A stretch of 61,832 nt of DNA, filler included, from Sphacelaria rigidula (GCA_964200075.2; 10 parts of 10 records of this genome joined end to end with filler, not necessarily neighbours in it); one strand, 5' to 3'. Shown: positions 25,331-37,984, numbered from the whole stretch's first letter. Notes: a model not told the origin generated them from the letters alone. A program made the numbers and translations.

Positions 25331-27017
25331 TATATAATTTTATAGAGTTTGTAGCAAAAAAGTTGGAATTTTCAAATTGGAAGTGCTTCTCCACAGAGTT
25401 GGTTACACGGTCTCGAGAAAAACGCTTCACAAAATGCTGGTAGAGGTACTAGGCTTTGCAAATGCTGTACAGAGGTTCTCACATGGGCTGCGAAGAGCCC
25501 TGTGCAGCATGTCCTCCAGGGTGCTATCTACCCACGTGTGTTGAGTGGGTTCTCGTTGATGGCCAGAGCAGGTTCCATCGTAATGTCCAAAAAATGAAAA
25601 TTTTATGTCCACGGATGTTCTTTGAAACGGAGCGGATTAGGATTGGAGTCAAACGGAGCGGATATCCGGAGTGGACGGAGCGGAACACATCTCTATTTTC
25701 GATTCAACATACAGCGAAGCATGGGTCAGACGACACGCAGTTGCACACGATTCATATGTGTGCACAAACATGAAGTAGTGAATAATTAGACACGGAGCAC
25801 GGTCACAGCAGCATATGAGAGCTGTTACTCTGCACCAATGTACAGAGCATCCCAAGATCCACCCACAGAAGGAAAGAACACAACAGTGACTACTACTATT
25901 GCACGAGTCTTAGCAATTGACTCCATCTATCCAGTATCTGTCCATTCACAAACAAGCACGACGACACGTCCGACATTAAACTACATACTCACGTATGTCC
26001 CCGACACGCAAGGTAGGATACGATATCCCATCGTGTGTAACTGCAGGTTTAAATACACGTAGAACAATTGCGCCGCTACCGTAGAATAGATCCACCATCG
26101 TGAACCCTACTGATAACCGTTGTTACAGGATACCAGCCTATCGTAGCTGGCCAGCACGCGGGTCAATCATGCAGAACGATGAATGACGGAGAACATCATG
26201 GAACTTTACAAAACGCGGACGAATAGTCTCTTTTGATCCCGACGGCCCATCAGAAAGCGCGCAACTTCCTCCCAACAGCTTCAGGACGCTACATCTAATA
26301 GTAATGATCCCAGATAACAAAGGCCCACTCTAGCCGTGAACAGGCGTAGGCTCGCGACTGGAATACCTTTCCGCGGCACGCTATCGCGGATCATCGCAAA
26401 TTTTTCTGACCCACAAGGAAAGCCGATGAAGGCTCACGTTCGCGTGACTTGAGGGCATATTTCTTCGAAATGATTCTCCAGGCACTGACCGATCATGGTA
26501 TGATTAGCGCTGAACAGTCAAAGGCGGTTCTGCTGTCAATGCTGGTCGTATTTTCCTCCAGTATTGGAATGTATCCGGACTGAATCCGTGTACATGTGTT
26601 CTAGTGGTGTGTCGCGTATGGTCTCGGAAAGATTAAATAATGTAGAATGGATTTGGGATACAGTGAGAAAACGGACCAACCAGGAAGGTGTTGTTGTAGC
26701 ATGACATATATGTACCGCATATGTCACAAGACATCTTCACTGTGTCACTTGGTTTTGGATAGGATGGTTGCATATAGCAGCTCTGGAGCAGAGTGCATTC
26801 TATGATGTATGTTTGATTAGTGAGTGAAGAGTGCAAGAATGAGTAATACAACAAGGTAACACACTTTACCCTCTGTCGAGACTCCGCTGTGCACGGAGCT
26901 ATCAAAGTTTGATGCGCTAGCCATCAAGAGAGCCCCGCATACGCAAGAATCAGAGACATTAAAAATACGTGTTGAGAACTGAGTACAGGCTATAAGTAGC
27001 GGAGGGACATTTGAGCG

Positions 27018-27377
27018 ATGGCAACGCAGAAAAAAATGAGCCACGAAGAAAAGTTGACTGAGGAGTTATGGCTTATGGAAGCCAATCAGAGAGACGTGAT
27101 CAAAGCAGCCAAGCGCGAAGCAATCGCCGACTATGAAAGAGAGGAGGCATGCATAATGAGAGTACAGATGCGTAACCCTGTGAACACAAGCACGGGGAGC
27201 AGAGATCAAGTTAGTAATCCCGGCTTATTTCTCCAATATACTGGGCAAGATAATTACATGGAAGAACAGAAAACACAAGCAAGCATAGGAAGAGTACGTA
27301 ACAATAACAGTATTACTCCCTGGGACGGGTCTGTAAAAGCACGCGAGACCCTGGAGGCCAAGTTCTGTCTTTACTAA
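27018..27377 (+). pseudogene. 119-aa ORF, possibly a retrotransposon gag N-terminal fragment
   Basis: Charged helical N-terminus and an ITPWDG motif resembling gag P.FDG; no LTR or pol recognised nearby. Confidence 0.25.
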
Positions 27378-27510
27378 CTCAGATGACAGCTTACTTTCGC
27401 CAAGAGAGATGTTACGATGCCCCTCTTGCGGAAAACCCGATCAGAGGTTAGTTCAGTATTCATAGGGTGACTCCCACGGCACTGAAGGCCCGCCTCGAGC
27501 TCCAATGGCA

Positions 27511-27846
27511 TCACACGCGGCCATTTGGCTATCCCCCAAAATGCCTCCGGAGGGATGCGCTTCCCTTCAGAGGCAAAACAAGCCTACAAAGGCCTTCAAT
27601 CCCTCTGGAACAAACCAATTACTACCGCCCTGGAGGATCGGAGGAATTTGGGGGTAGCGAAATGCCTCCGGAGGGATGTGGGGCCCTCAAAAACAAGCCT
27701 CCGCAGGCGTTTAACCCCTCTGGAGGGAACAAAAAAACAGTTGTCTGGAGCGCCGCGCACCCCTCCGGAGGCGTTCAATCCCTCTGGAGGCTCAAAAGGT
27801 TGACCGCCGTGGAGGAAATTTGGGGTAGCCAAATGGTCGCGTGTGA
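27511..27846. mobile_element. MITE with about 30-bp TIRs and internal CCTCCGGAGG palindromes
   Basis: TCACACGCGGCCATTTGGCTATCCCCCAAA ... TTTGGGGTAGCCAAATGGTCGCGTGTGA; flanks are CA and TA. Confidence 0.82.
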
Positions 27847-28304
27847 TACACTCGAGATGCGTTTGGGTGTGTCGCGTTGAGTTTCCCTGAGCAGGGCTAA
27901 CTGTTCCAGAGAGAATGGGTAGCATGACTCGTTCTCTACAGTATGTTGCCAAAGCGTGAATAGCGAGGTGATAAGCACCGAAACTTGGCAGGTGAACAAA
28001 AATGTGGCTATTATCGTCCCACATGCAAGCAAACGTCACTGGCCGTATGAATAATTATATAAATATATTCTACACGAGAACCGCAAGCTCAATCTTACCA
28101 TCCATTCCTCTGCGCGTAAGTCCCGTTTCAATTACTACATGATGTATCTGACTCCCGGTAGGAAGCACCATGTTATGGACAAAACGTTGTAAGCTATTCG
28201 GTCTTGGCGTGAACGCCGTGGGAACGCGACTTCATGTGAATGAGAGATAAACACAGCATGCGGTGACTTGACTTCAAGCGAGCAGCTATTGACCCAGCCC
28301 CAGT

Positions 28305-28725
28305 TAACAGACACTGCAAAACATGAGAGTGTACACCAAAATGAGATTCAAGTCCAACACAGTGCTCTCTCTACACTTTCAGCAATAGTTCCCAGTGACG
28401 AATTCGTCGGCCTGATGCCCCTCGGTCGCGTAGATACTTTCCAGCGCATTTTACCGACTCTGTGAGCTTACAGCCCTGAGCGAAGACCTCATTTTCCCTG
28501 ATATCACCCCCCCCCCTAACAAATCATGTAAAATGACGGTTTTGGTCAGTGCTGTAAGCTCACAGAGTCGGTAAAATGCGTTGAAAACATATCTACGTAA
28601 TCGAGGGGCATTAGGCCGACATAAACGTCATCGGGAACCATCGCTGAAGTGTGAAGAAAGCACTGTTTTGAGCTTGAACCTGATTTTAGTGTACAACCTG
28701 CTTTTATGTCGATTTTTTTGTTAGT
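28305..28725. mobile_element. Foldback element with about 175-bp imperfect inverted arms
   Basis: CGCATTTTACCGACTCTGTGAGCTTACAGC (about 28445) is inverted exactly at about 28551, and similarity extends outwards. Confidence 0.85.
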
Positions 28726-31289
28726 TTGTCTTCATTTCAACATTACACAGACAGTACAATATTACATGGTAGACATGGTTTATCGAGTTTCATCTCACCG
28801 ATTTACAGTAAGGCAGGGACAAGTGTCATTCACGCGTGGTATCCAGCAAACCGGCATATCAATCCCAAGCGGACAGCTATCTTCAGCACAGGCATTATTT
28901 TTTTTTTCGTACTGGTGGTGTTGAAAATTCAGTCAAGCATCAGCTTTGATTCGTCTCTCGAGAGTATTGAAGCTCCAAGGATTACCCAACTCTGTTCCGA
29001 AAAGGAACTGCATCCAACTGCATTCAAGCAGGTGTGTTTGTAACCGTCGTGAGCGAACACAACCCTCCACTTCTGATCGGCATGGACAGCGTGCATCCAC
29101 AATCAACCCTCTGGATTTTGTAGTCGAATAGCAAGCCCATCCTCGTACTGATCCTCCAACACTACGCGGCGATCCATTACAAACCTAATCAGGCACAAAC
29201 GACAGCAGACTAGCTTCATGTTGTCAGATTCAGATGCAAACCGCCACTACACCCGCGCTTTCGTCCGACTTTGAGATCCAACGAGGCATACTTCTTGTAA
29301 TGCCGGCGATAGACACGGAAAATTTGATGATACCATGAAGACTGCGTATGTCGAGTTTCAGTTGTCCAAGAGTAGAGAGTAGGGCCGTCATCAGATCATA
29401 CTGTAGCAGCTACAGCATCTGGCGGTTCCGACGGTGTCGCATCGGTAGCCGGCGAAACGATGGGGGGGGGGCAAATGGCGATCCGACACCGACTCATGCT
29501 ATACACACCACCACGACAACTACCACCCCCACAACAACCACACAGATCCCCAGCTTCACCACAACTCCCACCATCAGCACCGCGATTGCTGCTCCGACCA
29601 TAGGGGGTGTAACACCCCGTAACGACACAACCACCGTCCCGAAGATTCATCCCGCAGGAATGGTCTTTGACGAAGTAGGGGTCATCAGCACAAAAATCCT
29701 GGCCACGACCATCATCAATCGAAGTATGGTGGTTATGACGAACGTAGAGGTAGCACTTACTTACTACTTTAATTTGTCGCCACCTCGTCGGTACCCCCGC
29801 CCACCGAAGCCTCCTCTCGAAAACCCCCAGCAATTTGGTCTTGCGCTTCACATTCATGCCAAAACTGCTGAGTTAGGGATGGGGGTACCTACCCACGAGG
29901 TGACGGACTGAGGAATACCGATCGCTGACAAGCTGATCCAGATTTCACACGCTCATGCCATACGTATTCTCCTGCGGACCAAGGCGCACCACATCACAGC
30001 GGGTATCGACCCCTCGTGATTCTTCTCCAATCGACACACATCCTCATACCGATTCTGCACAACATTATGAGGGCTATGCCGACGGAGATGACTCCGCCTA
30101 CAATGACGAAAATGCTTTTTACCACACTGGCCACGCTCATTGCGTACAAAATACGCTCTTAACACACCATTAGCCACTGCAACTCCCGCACCAACCAAAT
30201 CACCAACAACACACATACCAACCTCCTCTCTACTACCATCCAAGACAACATCAAACGACGTTCTACCCACATTAACCACCAGCTACCATTACCCCACCCA
30301 CGCACAGCATTTTTACGAACCACAACAGTAACACCATCAAGCCGCAGCTCCCCTTGCTACTTCACGTCCTCCTGATGCGTCACCACAGTCAGAGCACCCC
30401 CAGCTATGTATGGCGCGTTCCGTGCCGGAAGGCAAGTCTCGTTTTCGATTCGGTAATGTTGATTTGCATGGATATATTCTGTCGCATAGGTAGAATCTAT
30501 CGAGTAGGGGTGAGCCATGCTACGATCGGGGGGGGTCGGGGGTATTTGCCTCCACGAAATATGGGGCTCACAGGCGTGTCAGACGACCTAACACACTCGC
30601 CGTGCACTGGTATTTAGATGAAAACGAAGTCAATCAGTATCAATGAGCGTTATCCATCGGTAACAAGCGCGCTTGAACAGCCGTTGCTGCTTTCAACGAA
30701 GATTCGACGTGGGATTTCGTGAAAGAAATGGCCCAAATACCTCGCCCCCCTGTCGGTGCTGCCGATCGTAGACCAGTATACATACCTTGGCGTAGAGATC
30801 TCAAGAAACTGTTCTTGGGATGCACACATGACCAAAGTAAAAAAAAGGGTAGATCACAGAAGGGCTGNNNNNNNNNNNNNNNNNNNNNNNNNNNNNNNNN
30901 NNNNNNNNNNNTTAATTAATTAANNNNNNNNNNNNNNNNNNNNNNNNNNNNNNNNNNNNNNNNNNNNGTGATGGAACGACAATTCGCGGACTGAAAAAAG
31001 TCTCTGCGAATCGATGGCTTTTCGCAGAGACATTTGTCAAAATCCTGCTGTCTGTAAATTGTGGCCAATTTCCAGAGGCTTCTTTCATGAAAAATGGCCC
31101 CATAAGGTCGCGTTCTGAAAAAAGTCTCTGGAGACTGACCAAAACGACTTTTCTCAGAGACTTTTTTCAGTCTATAAGAAGCGGCCTCACGGCCTCTGAG
31201 CTCCAAATTCGACAGGAAAACGATTTTTTCTTTCTTTTTTCCATGTTGGATTATGGCAAATGTAGGGAGCAGTTCATGGGCATCGTCAA

Positions 31290-31509
31290 CCCTTCGACCG
31301 CGGTGCGGGTAGTGCATCTGGATCATGCGCACTTTTTTCAAGTGAATATTGATGCCGATTCGGCGGAAGGTGGCCTACCCTCGCGGCCAAAGAGTTAACC
31401 CTTAGACCGCGAGGGTAGGATAGGTCACCTGCTGAATCGGCATCAATGTTCACTTGAAAAAATTGCGAGTGATGCAGATGGACTACCCGCACCGGGGTCC
31501 AAGGAAGGG
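31290..31509. mobile_element. Two adjacent piggyBac-like MITEs (31290-31394 and 31399-31509) in inverted orientation, sharing one TTAA
   Basis: TCAA|CCCTTCGACCGCG...CGCGGCCAAAGAG|TTAA|CCCTTAGACCGCGAG...AAGGG|TTAA; the two bodies are approximate reverse complements. Confidence 0.82.
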
Positions 31510-32627
31510 TTAAGCTTGCGGCTTCAGGTTTCTCGCGGCGCGTTTTTTATCCAGCAGGACTAATGGTCGTATCCGGCGGAGGTTCGGTCCGCACAGCGGC
31601 CGCACCCGCAACGCCTTGGTATCCCGCGGAGATTTCTCGAGTTTACTGTGAAGCACTGCACTGTACCGACCAGGACACGGGTGTGTGCGTGGCAATGGGC
31701 CCGGTCGGCCGAGATCCTTCTGCTGTATTTCCATCCGTGTACTCGCAGGCGCAGTGGTAGTGTCTTTTCGTCAGAACAACTATTACAAACCCTCCCGAAC
31801 AGCAAGGCCAGCAGTGGGCCGGCCACCCGCACGACTGGGGGTAACGAAAAAGGGCGGACAATGGAAAACATGAGAGTGTGTGCGTATGATGACAAAAAAA
31901 AGCTAAGAATGCAATACGTTTCGTGCTTCATAGGAAGTGGAGCTGTCAATCAAGACGGTTCAAGATTGCATAGAAGACTACAAGACAGTACAACAGTAGA
32001 CCACATATCGTACGGTACTTCTGTCAGGTCTACGGAACAGGACGGTATCGTCGTCTGCTGTTCAGAATGCGGTATCAACAAGGCTAACTTCCACCAAATA
32101 CAAAACCACGATCACAGCAGCAGTACATGGTTGTGACAGTACCAGACTGTGCTCTGTCTAGAGTGCGGCTGACAGAGCTGGGGCGGGGGGGATTCTGATG
32201 GAGTTGACGACATGCCGGCTGCACAACTGACAGCACGGTATGAAGTTCCTAAATATCTGCGGTCCTGGTAGGTCCTCACCACACTGCGTGGTTCATCTGA
32301 TACTTCTACAATGTATCCAGTCCCTTTTTGAGTACAGAATAATAATTTTCCGTTCCGTCTTGTCAAGGATACTTTTTTTACTGCAACGTACTGCACTGTG
32401 TAGAGATTTGAGGTTCTGAGTTGTACCGCACGGATCACGTGGTCAGACAGCCGTAGTAGAGTACAGCAGGACAGTTCAGTATAACCGGTACCGCAGCATG
32501 CCCACGTACTGGTCACAAGTGTACTGTACTGGAATATACAGCGTGTTGTTGATGCTGCTGCACACTGTGCTTTTCGGATGGTGAAACGTACATGCGAAAA
32601 GCTGTGAGTTGACGCATTTGGACACAC

Positions 32628-32653
32628 CTGCTGCGAAGAATTTCCGTGGAACA

Positions 32654-32687
<34 letters not shown>

Positions 32688-33743
32688 CTGCGTGACGGCT
32701 TGACTGCTGCTCCAATCCGCTTGGCCAAGTCCGGCCCACGCTTGCTGCTGCTGCTGTGGCTGATCCAGCCCTCCTCCCGCTCCAAGCACGTCACTCCCAC
32801 CCAACTCTTCACCCTGTCGTTGTTGCTGCATCGGCCATTGCTGCTGCTGTTGCTCGGCCCCTCCTCCCGTGCTAGCAGCAACACCGTTTCCGTAAGGCAC
32901 CAGAGAAGTGTTGGACGCGAATAGATCATCGAAGGGGTTAGTCCCCCCAACAACTCCGGCAGTACTGCTACTGGCGTTGCCCTGCCCTGGCCCCCATGGT
33001 TGCTGCTGTTCTGACTGCTGAAAGGGAACCATGCCACCCTGTCCCGGCGCGGGTTGTTGTTGTTGCTGCCGTATGCCGGCTCCCATCAGCGATTGATGTT
33101 TTTGTTGTTGCCCGTGTTGGGTTTGCCCCTGCTGGGGTGGGTGGTCTTGCGCCCCAAAGGGATCGCCGAATGGGACGAGCGCCGAGTGGCTGGGCGTGGG
33201 AGGTTGAAACGGGTGTCGTTCTTTGTGGTGTTGTTGTCGCTGTTGCTCTTGTGGCTGTGGCTGCTGGAAGGGAACCAGCATATCAGGTGGTGGTTGCGTA
33301 GCGCCGGAGGTAGGGGACGGAACGTGCTGCGGTTGTTGTGCGGGATTCTGTGGAGTTTGAAATTGCTGGGATGGCTGTTGGTACTGTTGCGGCTGCGATA
33401 CAACGCCCGAGACACTGGCAAACATCGAAACATCTCCACCGCTACCGCCAGCACCAGCACCAGCTCTACCCTTCTCCTCGACGCCGTTCGTCACGCTAGT
33501 GTTGTACACCCCGCCCCCGTTAGTCGTAGTACTTCCTGTCTTGAGGTCTCCGACGCCTGCCGCGGAGCCCACCCCATCTGTGACGCTCAACAGAAAATCG
33601 AAAGGATTATTACTCACGCCATTGTCGCCGCTGGCATTCTTGATGCCGCCGGCATACTTGATGCCGCCGGCATTCTTGATGCCCGCGTTTTCCCCAGTGA
33701 ACTCTCCCCCTCGCTGCAGTGGATGAAACTGTTGTTGTTGTTG

Positions 33744-33778
<35 letters not shown>

Positions 33779-33950
33779 TTTGTTGCTGTAAATAGTCGCT
33801 GGCATTAGAAGGTGCTTGGGCATTCTGGGGGGGAGCGTTGTACAGCTGCTGCTGGGGTTGCTGAAAATGTTGACCAAATGGGTCATCATTACCTCCGCTG
33901 CCCCCGCCGCCGGCAATGCCCCACTCCTGGAAGGGGTTACTCTGATCCAT
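32628..33950 (-). CDS. Large exon (441 codons from the ATG) of a Gln/Gly-rich disordered protein with NPF/DPF motifs, possibly an endocytic or trafficking accessory protein
   Basis: Open frame from MDQSNPF to a CAG|GTGTGT donor; motifs SNPF, DDPF, NNPF, GDPF, TNPFDDLF; poly-Q tracts; GGIKNA tandem repeat. Confidence 0.8.
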
Positions 33951-34626
33951 CCTACCCTCTAGTAGGATAGCCGTCTTCTTTGCCTGATCAATACGCCCGT
34001 TCTGTGTTGGGCATGTGCACACCAAAGCCAACACACCAGCTAAACCGTTGAGGAGTGATCTCCATCCCAGGAAGAATATATAATGTTTTTGGTATACGTT
34101 TTTGGATAGCTACACGTTCAAACCCGTTGTTCGCATTTTCGTATCTATATCCCACGTAATACTGTACACATATTCATATTCTACCACTCGATGCATATTG
34201 TATGGGTGTAGAGGTGTTTACAAAGTCAAACTCTTGACCATGCGGATTTTCGTCTAGAGAGCTTCTGATTCCAACCGGAATCGACTGTGCCTTTCTGGTG
34301 TGCTGACCATAGATGTCTGCTATAGTCGTCGGTTCATCCTTCCGTTTTTCCACAGGATGAAACGAGAGATCGCGGGTCTGCATTTTTGGATACTCCGAAG
34401 ATAACGCCAAGCGTGGCTGGAGTGTAGATCTGGAGTGCGTTGACTAAGCCAACTGGTACAGCGCTACACAAGTACTGTATTGCTTAGCTACAAAGAGTCA
34501 GGGAGAAGCAGGATCTGCTAGTGCTTGTTTGCCGATAAGACAAACTTTGCTCGCGACCAGAGCAGCAGCAAGCGACCGTCAACAGGCCGTTACGTATCAC
34601 CTGGAGGAGGCTGCTCGGCCTCGACA

Positions 34627-35119
34627 ATGATCCAGGCTTTGCGCCAACGCATACCCGCCAGTGCAGCACCTGGTGTATTTAATGCAGCGCTGATGGGACG
34701 GAGAACTTGTCGGCAGAATGCCCCGAGATGTCCCACCACCACTATCTACCGTCTACTGGCAGCAACCGCAGCCTCCAAAAACAGAGTCGGACACCCGCAG
34801 CGACACCGGCTGGTGCCAAAAGTGCGACAACCAGAGAGGACGAGACCCCGACATGATAGGCAACAACAGCAGCGCAACACGGGCACAACAGCTCTAGCGC
34901 AGTCAGCCATGATGGCAAGTTGCCGCTCACGTGAAATAATGAGTTGGCGATCGATACCACTGCCAACAGCCAGCTTTGTTAGCACAAGAGGAGGTCAAGG
35001 TAAACACCAGCAGCCGAGATCGCTGAGCTCGAAGGCTGGTAAGAAAGGAAAGAACAAACAGCAACAGCAGCAGCGGAAGCAAGCGGGCGGCGCCCGTGAA
35101 AGGGGCGGTGGAGATGCCG
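34627..35119 (+). CDS. Probable exon 1 of an EttA-like ABC-F gene: Arg/Ala/Ser-rich presequence-like N-terminus
   Basis: MIQALRQRIPASAAPG...RSLSSKAGKKGKNKQQQ, almost no acidic residues; phase-1 donor G|GTGCGC matches the phase of the 36740 acceptor. Confidence 0.7.
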
Positions 35120-35499
35120 GTGCGCTTTTTCCTGGTGTAGTAGTTTTCATGTTTGCCCGTGTGGCTCATGGGTTTTTCGCCCATTATTGGTGCTCTCTCT
35201 GCTGCACTGGCCCCTAGGCCCTTGAAGATCACATGATAACCGCAGGATCGCGTATGCGTGACGGAGAACAACACCCCCCGTGCGTGTGGTTTCAAGCGGA
35301 GATTTTCCCGAAAAAGCAAACTCTGAACTCGCGAGAGATACCGGTTATCCTGAGGTAATCCTGAGGTAGCCCTGCTATCTTGTACTGCACTGTCGAATTG
35401 GTGTGGGGCCGTCATACCAAAAATAAGAATAGCTAGCGAGAAAATGCGGCCAAACTGATTCTGCTCTTTGCAACTCCTATTTAGTCGAAATGGTTTATT

Positions 35500-36130
35500 T
35501 ATTGCCGCACTTTAACTGATCCCCCACGGGTCCAGCCGTGGTCACATGATAGACGTCACCGAGGCAAAACGAAACTGAAAACACTTGTTGAAGAACAGTG
35601 AAGAGGCAAAAAAGGTAGAACAGACCAACAGAGTGGACTATGAAAAGAAAGGAAGCAGAAAAGACACAGAAAAGAAGGAAAACATGTAAATGGCCTCTGC
35701 TACATGGCTTCCGTGGAAAAGATCTTGCGAACGAAATCACCCTCATACCCACTGGTAAAAAGCAAAAGGCCGAGGGGAAAATATGCGGCTCATCTACTAC
35801 GACCTCGCTAATTTGGGTATGGAACCCCTCATCTATGGACCTTAAGCAAGCAAGGCACCAAACTGCCTTGGCATACACCAGCAGGAAAGAACATGATACA
35901 GAGAGAGAAGGACGAGAAAATGGAGGGCAGAGAAGGAGACTACAGAGCTGATGGAACCCGAATTCAGAGCAGCACACCAGGGACAAATGCACATCAGGGG
36001 GCACCGCAGAACCATCGACCAAGGCCTATATCAACAATCGAAAGGGACAGACAAGATTCTCCGATTGGCTGCTCTCGACGCGGCAGCCTCTCGTTTGTCT
36101 CCCCGTCACCACGTGTCCTCGACCCCTTCC
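35500..36130. mobile_element. Retroelement-like repeat in the EttA-like intron; related end at about 17220-17290
   Basis: GATCCCC..CCAGCCGTGGTC..GATAGACGT..CCGAGG.AAAC shared by the two places. Confidence 0.45.
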
Positions 36131-36452
36131 GCTCCTTTTCGAATTTCACAAACTCAGCAAGAAACGGAGATGTTCACTACAAGCCACAGCGGATACTACC
36201 CCCCACATCTAAGCTCTTCACACGCTGTTCACGAGATACACAGCTCGCGACACAAAGCTCGATAGCCCCGCCACAGCTGTCCATGAGCTGGTTGATTATC
36301 TGCTTCATTTTTCGAACATTCTATGTTTCTCCTCGAATGTTGACAGCTCAGTTTCTGCATTTCGAAGAAAAAATCTCTTCATCTGAAGCTGTCCCCTCCG
36401 TTCTCGTGTATTTATTGTCCCGACCCTCCCCCACCTCCACCCACCGGGTCGA

Positions 36453-36552
36453 ATAATCTCAGTAGGATGCAGCTCGCCCTTCATGCTACTCGCCGAACAC
36501 ATCAAGGCGCTTCGCGCTTGGTGATTGCGACCCTGGTCCGGCGAAAACCGCG
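36453..36552 (+). repeat. Dispersed repeat; inverted copy at about 47980-48080
   Basis: AGGATGCAGCTCG..ACTCGCCGAACA.ATC..GGCGCTTCGCGCTTGGTGA shared. Confidence 0.8.
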
Positions 36553-36739
36553 TGCTTCGTCCCGACTTTGTAGAGATTTGAGTCCAATCAATGGCCCTAT
36601 GACTACGGCATGCAAAATCACGAGTATCCCCCCCTCCCCCCTTCGTCCTCCGCCTCCTCCACCCCTGCCTGTCTGTCTATCTGCTTTTCTGCCTATCCGT
36701 GTGCCTATCTGTCTGTGCCTGTGGGACAACATGGCACAG

Positions 36740-36958
36740 GAGGACGGGGTAGCGGTAGCGGGGGCGGTACTGGGCCACCCGCATCAACCGAATCAAGCGA
36801 ACAAGTTATGTCCATGACGGCGGTAAGAAAGGAGCTTCCGGGAGGCCGAGAATTGTTCGGCGAGTCCAACCTGAGCTTCAATCATGGTGCCAAGATTGGT
36901 GTCCTCGGCGTCAATGGCAGCGGAAAGAGCAGTGTGCTCAAGATTCTGGCAGGCGTAG
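36740..36958 (+). CDS. ettA: EttA/ChvD-type ABC-F ATPase, exon containing Walker A; gene truncated by the contig end
   Basis: [51 protein letters not shown] resembles bacterial EttA [28 protein letters not shown]; CAG acceptor, GTGTGT donor. Confidence 0.88.
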
Positions 36959-37984
36959 GTGTGTGCGGCGCTTTTCCGCTCGTTTTTGTTTTTTCAAAAC
37001 TGTACGACAGTCTTGATTATCGGCTCACTCGCTGTTACTATTTTGTGTATACACCAGTACNNNNNNNNNNNNNNNNNNNNNNNNNNNNNNNNNNNNNNNN
37101 NNNNTTAATTAATTAANNNNNNNNNNNNNNNNNNNNNNNNNNNNNNNNNNNNNNNNNNNNCACTCCTACCATAGTATTGCTCAGTACAGTACACTGTAGG
37201 ACGCCTCTCCGACTGAAGGAGCAGCTGCCGCTGCATACTTCCTTACACGTTCTGGGCAATTCTCAGCTACCGAGATCAACGGCCTACATACCGCTTCTTC
37301 ATCCCCGCCCACTACGTACATGTTGACTGCACCCTGCAAGTCATCGGCAGAGGGATAAGCAGAACTTATGACAGTAGATCCTTTTGTCTTTCCACAGTCC
37401 ACCTGGTTTTAGGGCGTGGTGAAAATGACCACATGGTAGCATGTACACTCCTTCCCGGCTTTTCCGGTCGACCCTGTGTTGGTGTAAATTACTACGTTTT
37501 AGTAGGGAATTGAGACCCAAAAAACCCACCGGAAAACTCGGGAACGGTATACTGAGTGCAAGTCATATTGTATAACCAAGCTCCGACCGCCCTGCGCTTG
37601 GAAACCTGCAAATGCTTATCTGGGCCATGGATAGGGTCCCCACACGATCTTTACAGTGGCATCATACTCGCCAGCAACCCCAGCACTGGTCGTTCGGGTC
37701 TGGTCGATAAATTTCGCCTCGCCGTGATTGGGCAGGTCGCTCGAAGACTTGTTTTTTATTATTTCACTAACACAGGGTTGAGTGTTAGTGGGGGGTCGGT
37801 CCCAAAAGGGTTAAACAGCAAAGAAAAGCCAATACAAGGTACTCGATAGGGAAGTCATCCTATGAAGGGGGGGGGGGGGGGGGGGGGGGGGTTTCAAGCC
37901 ATCCGCGAAATTCACTTCAAAATCGTTGAAAGCGGCAACTTACACATGTTCGAACGTGCGTGTCACCATGAAAACAGACCGTCA

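Noticed and set aside
29348..30331. Thr-rich ORFs resembling mucin-like proteins
   Set aside because: Fragmented across frames and CA-rich; more likely a decayed retroelement end, but no family could be supported.
33054..33791. 245-aa Leu-rich plus-strand ORF that looks like a membrane protein
   Set aside because: Antisense shadow of the CAG-rich minus-strand exon.
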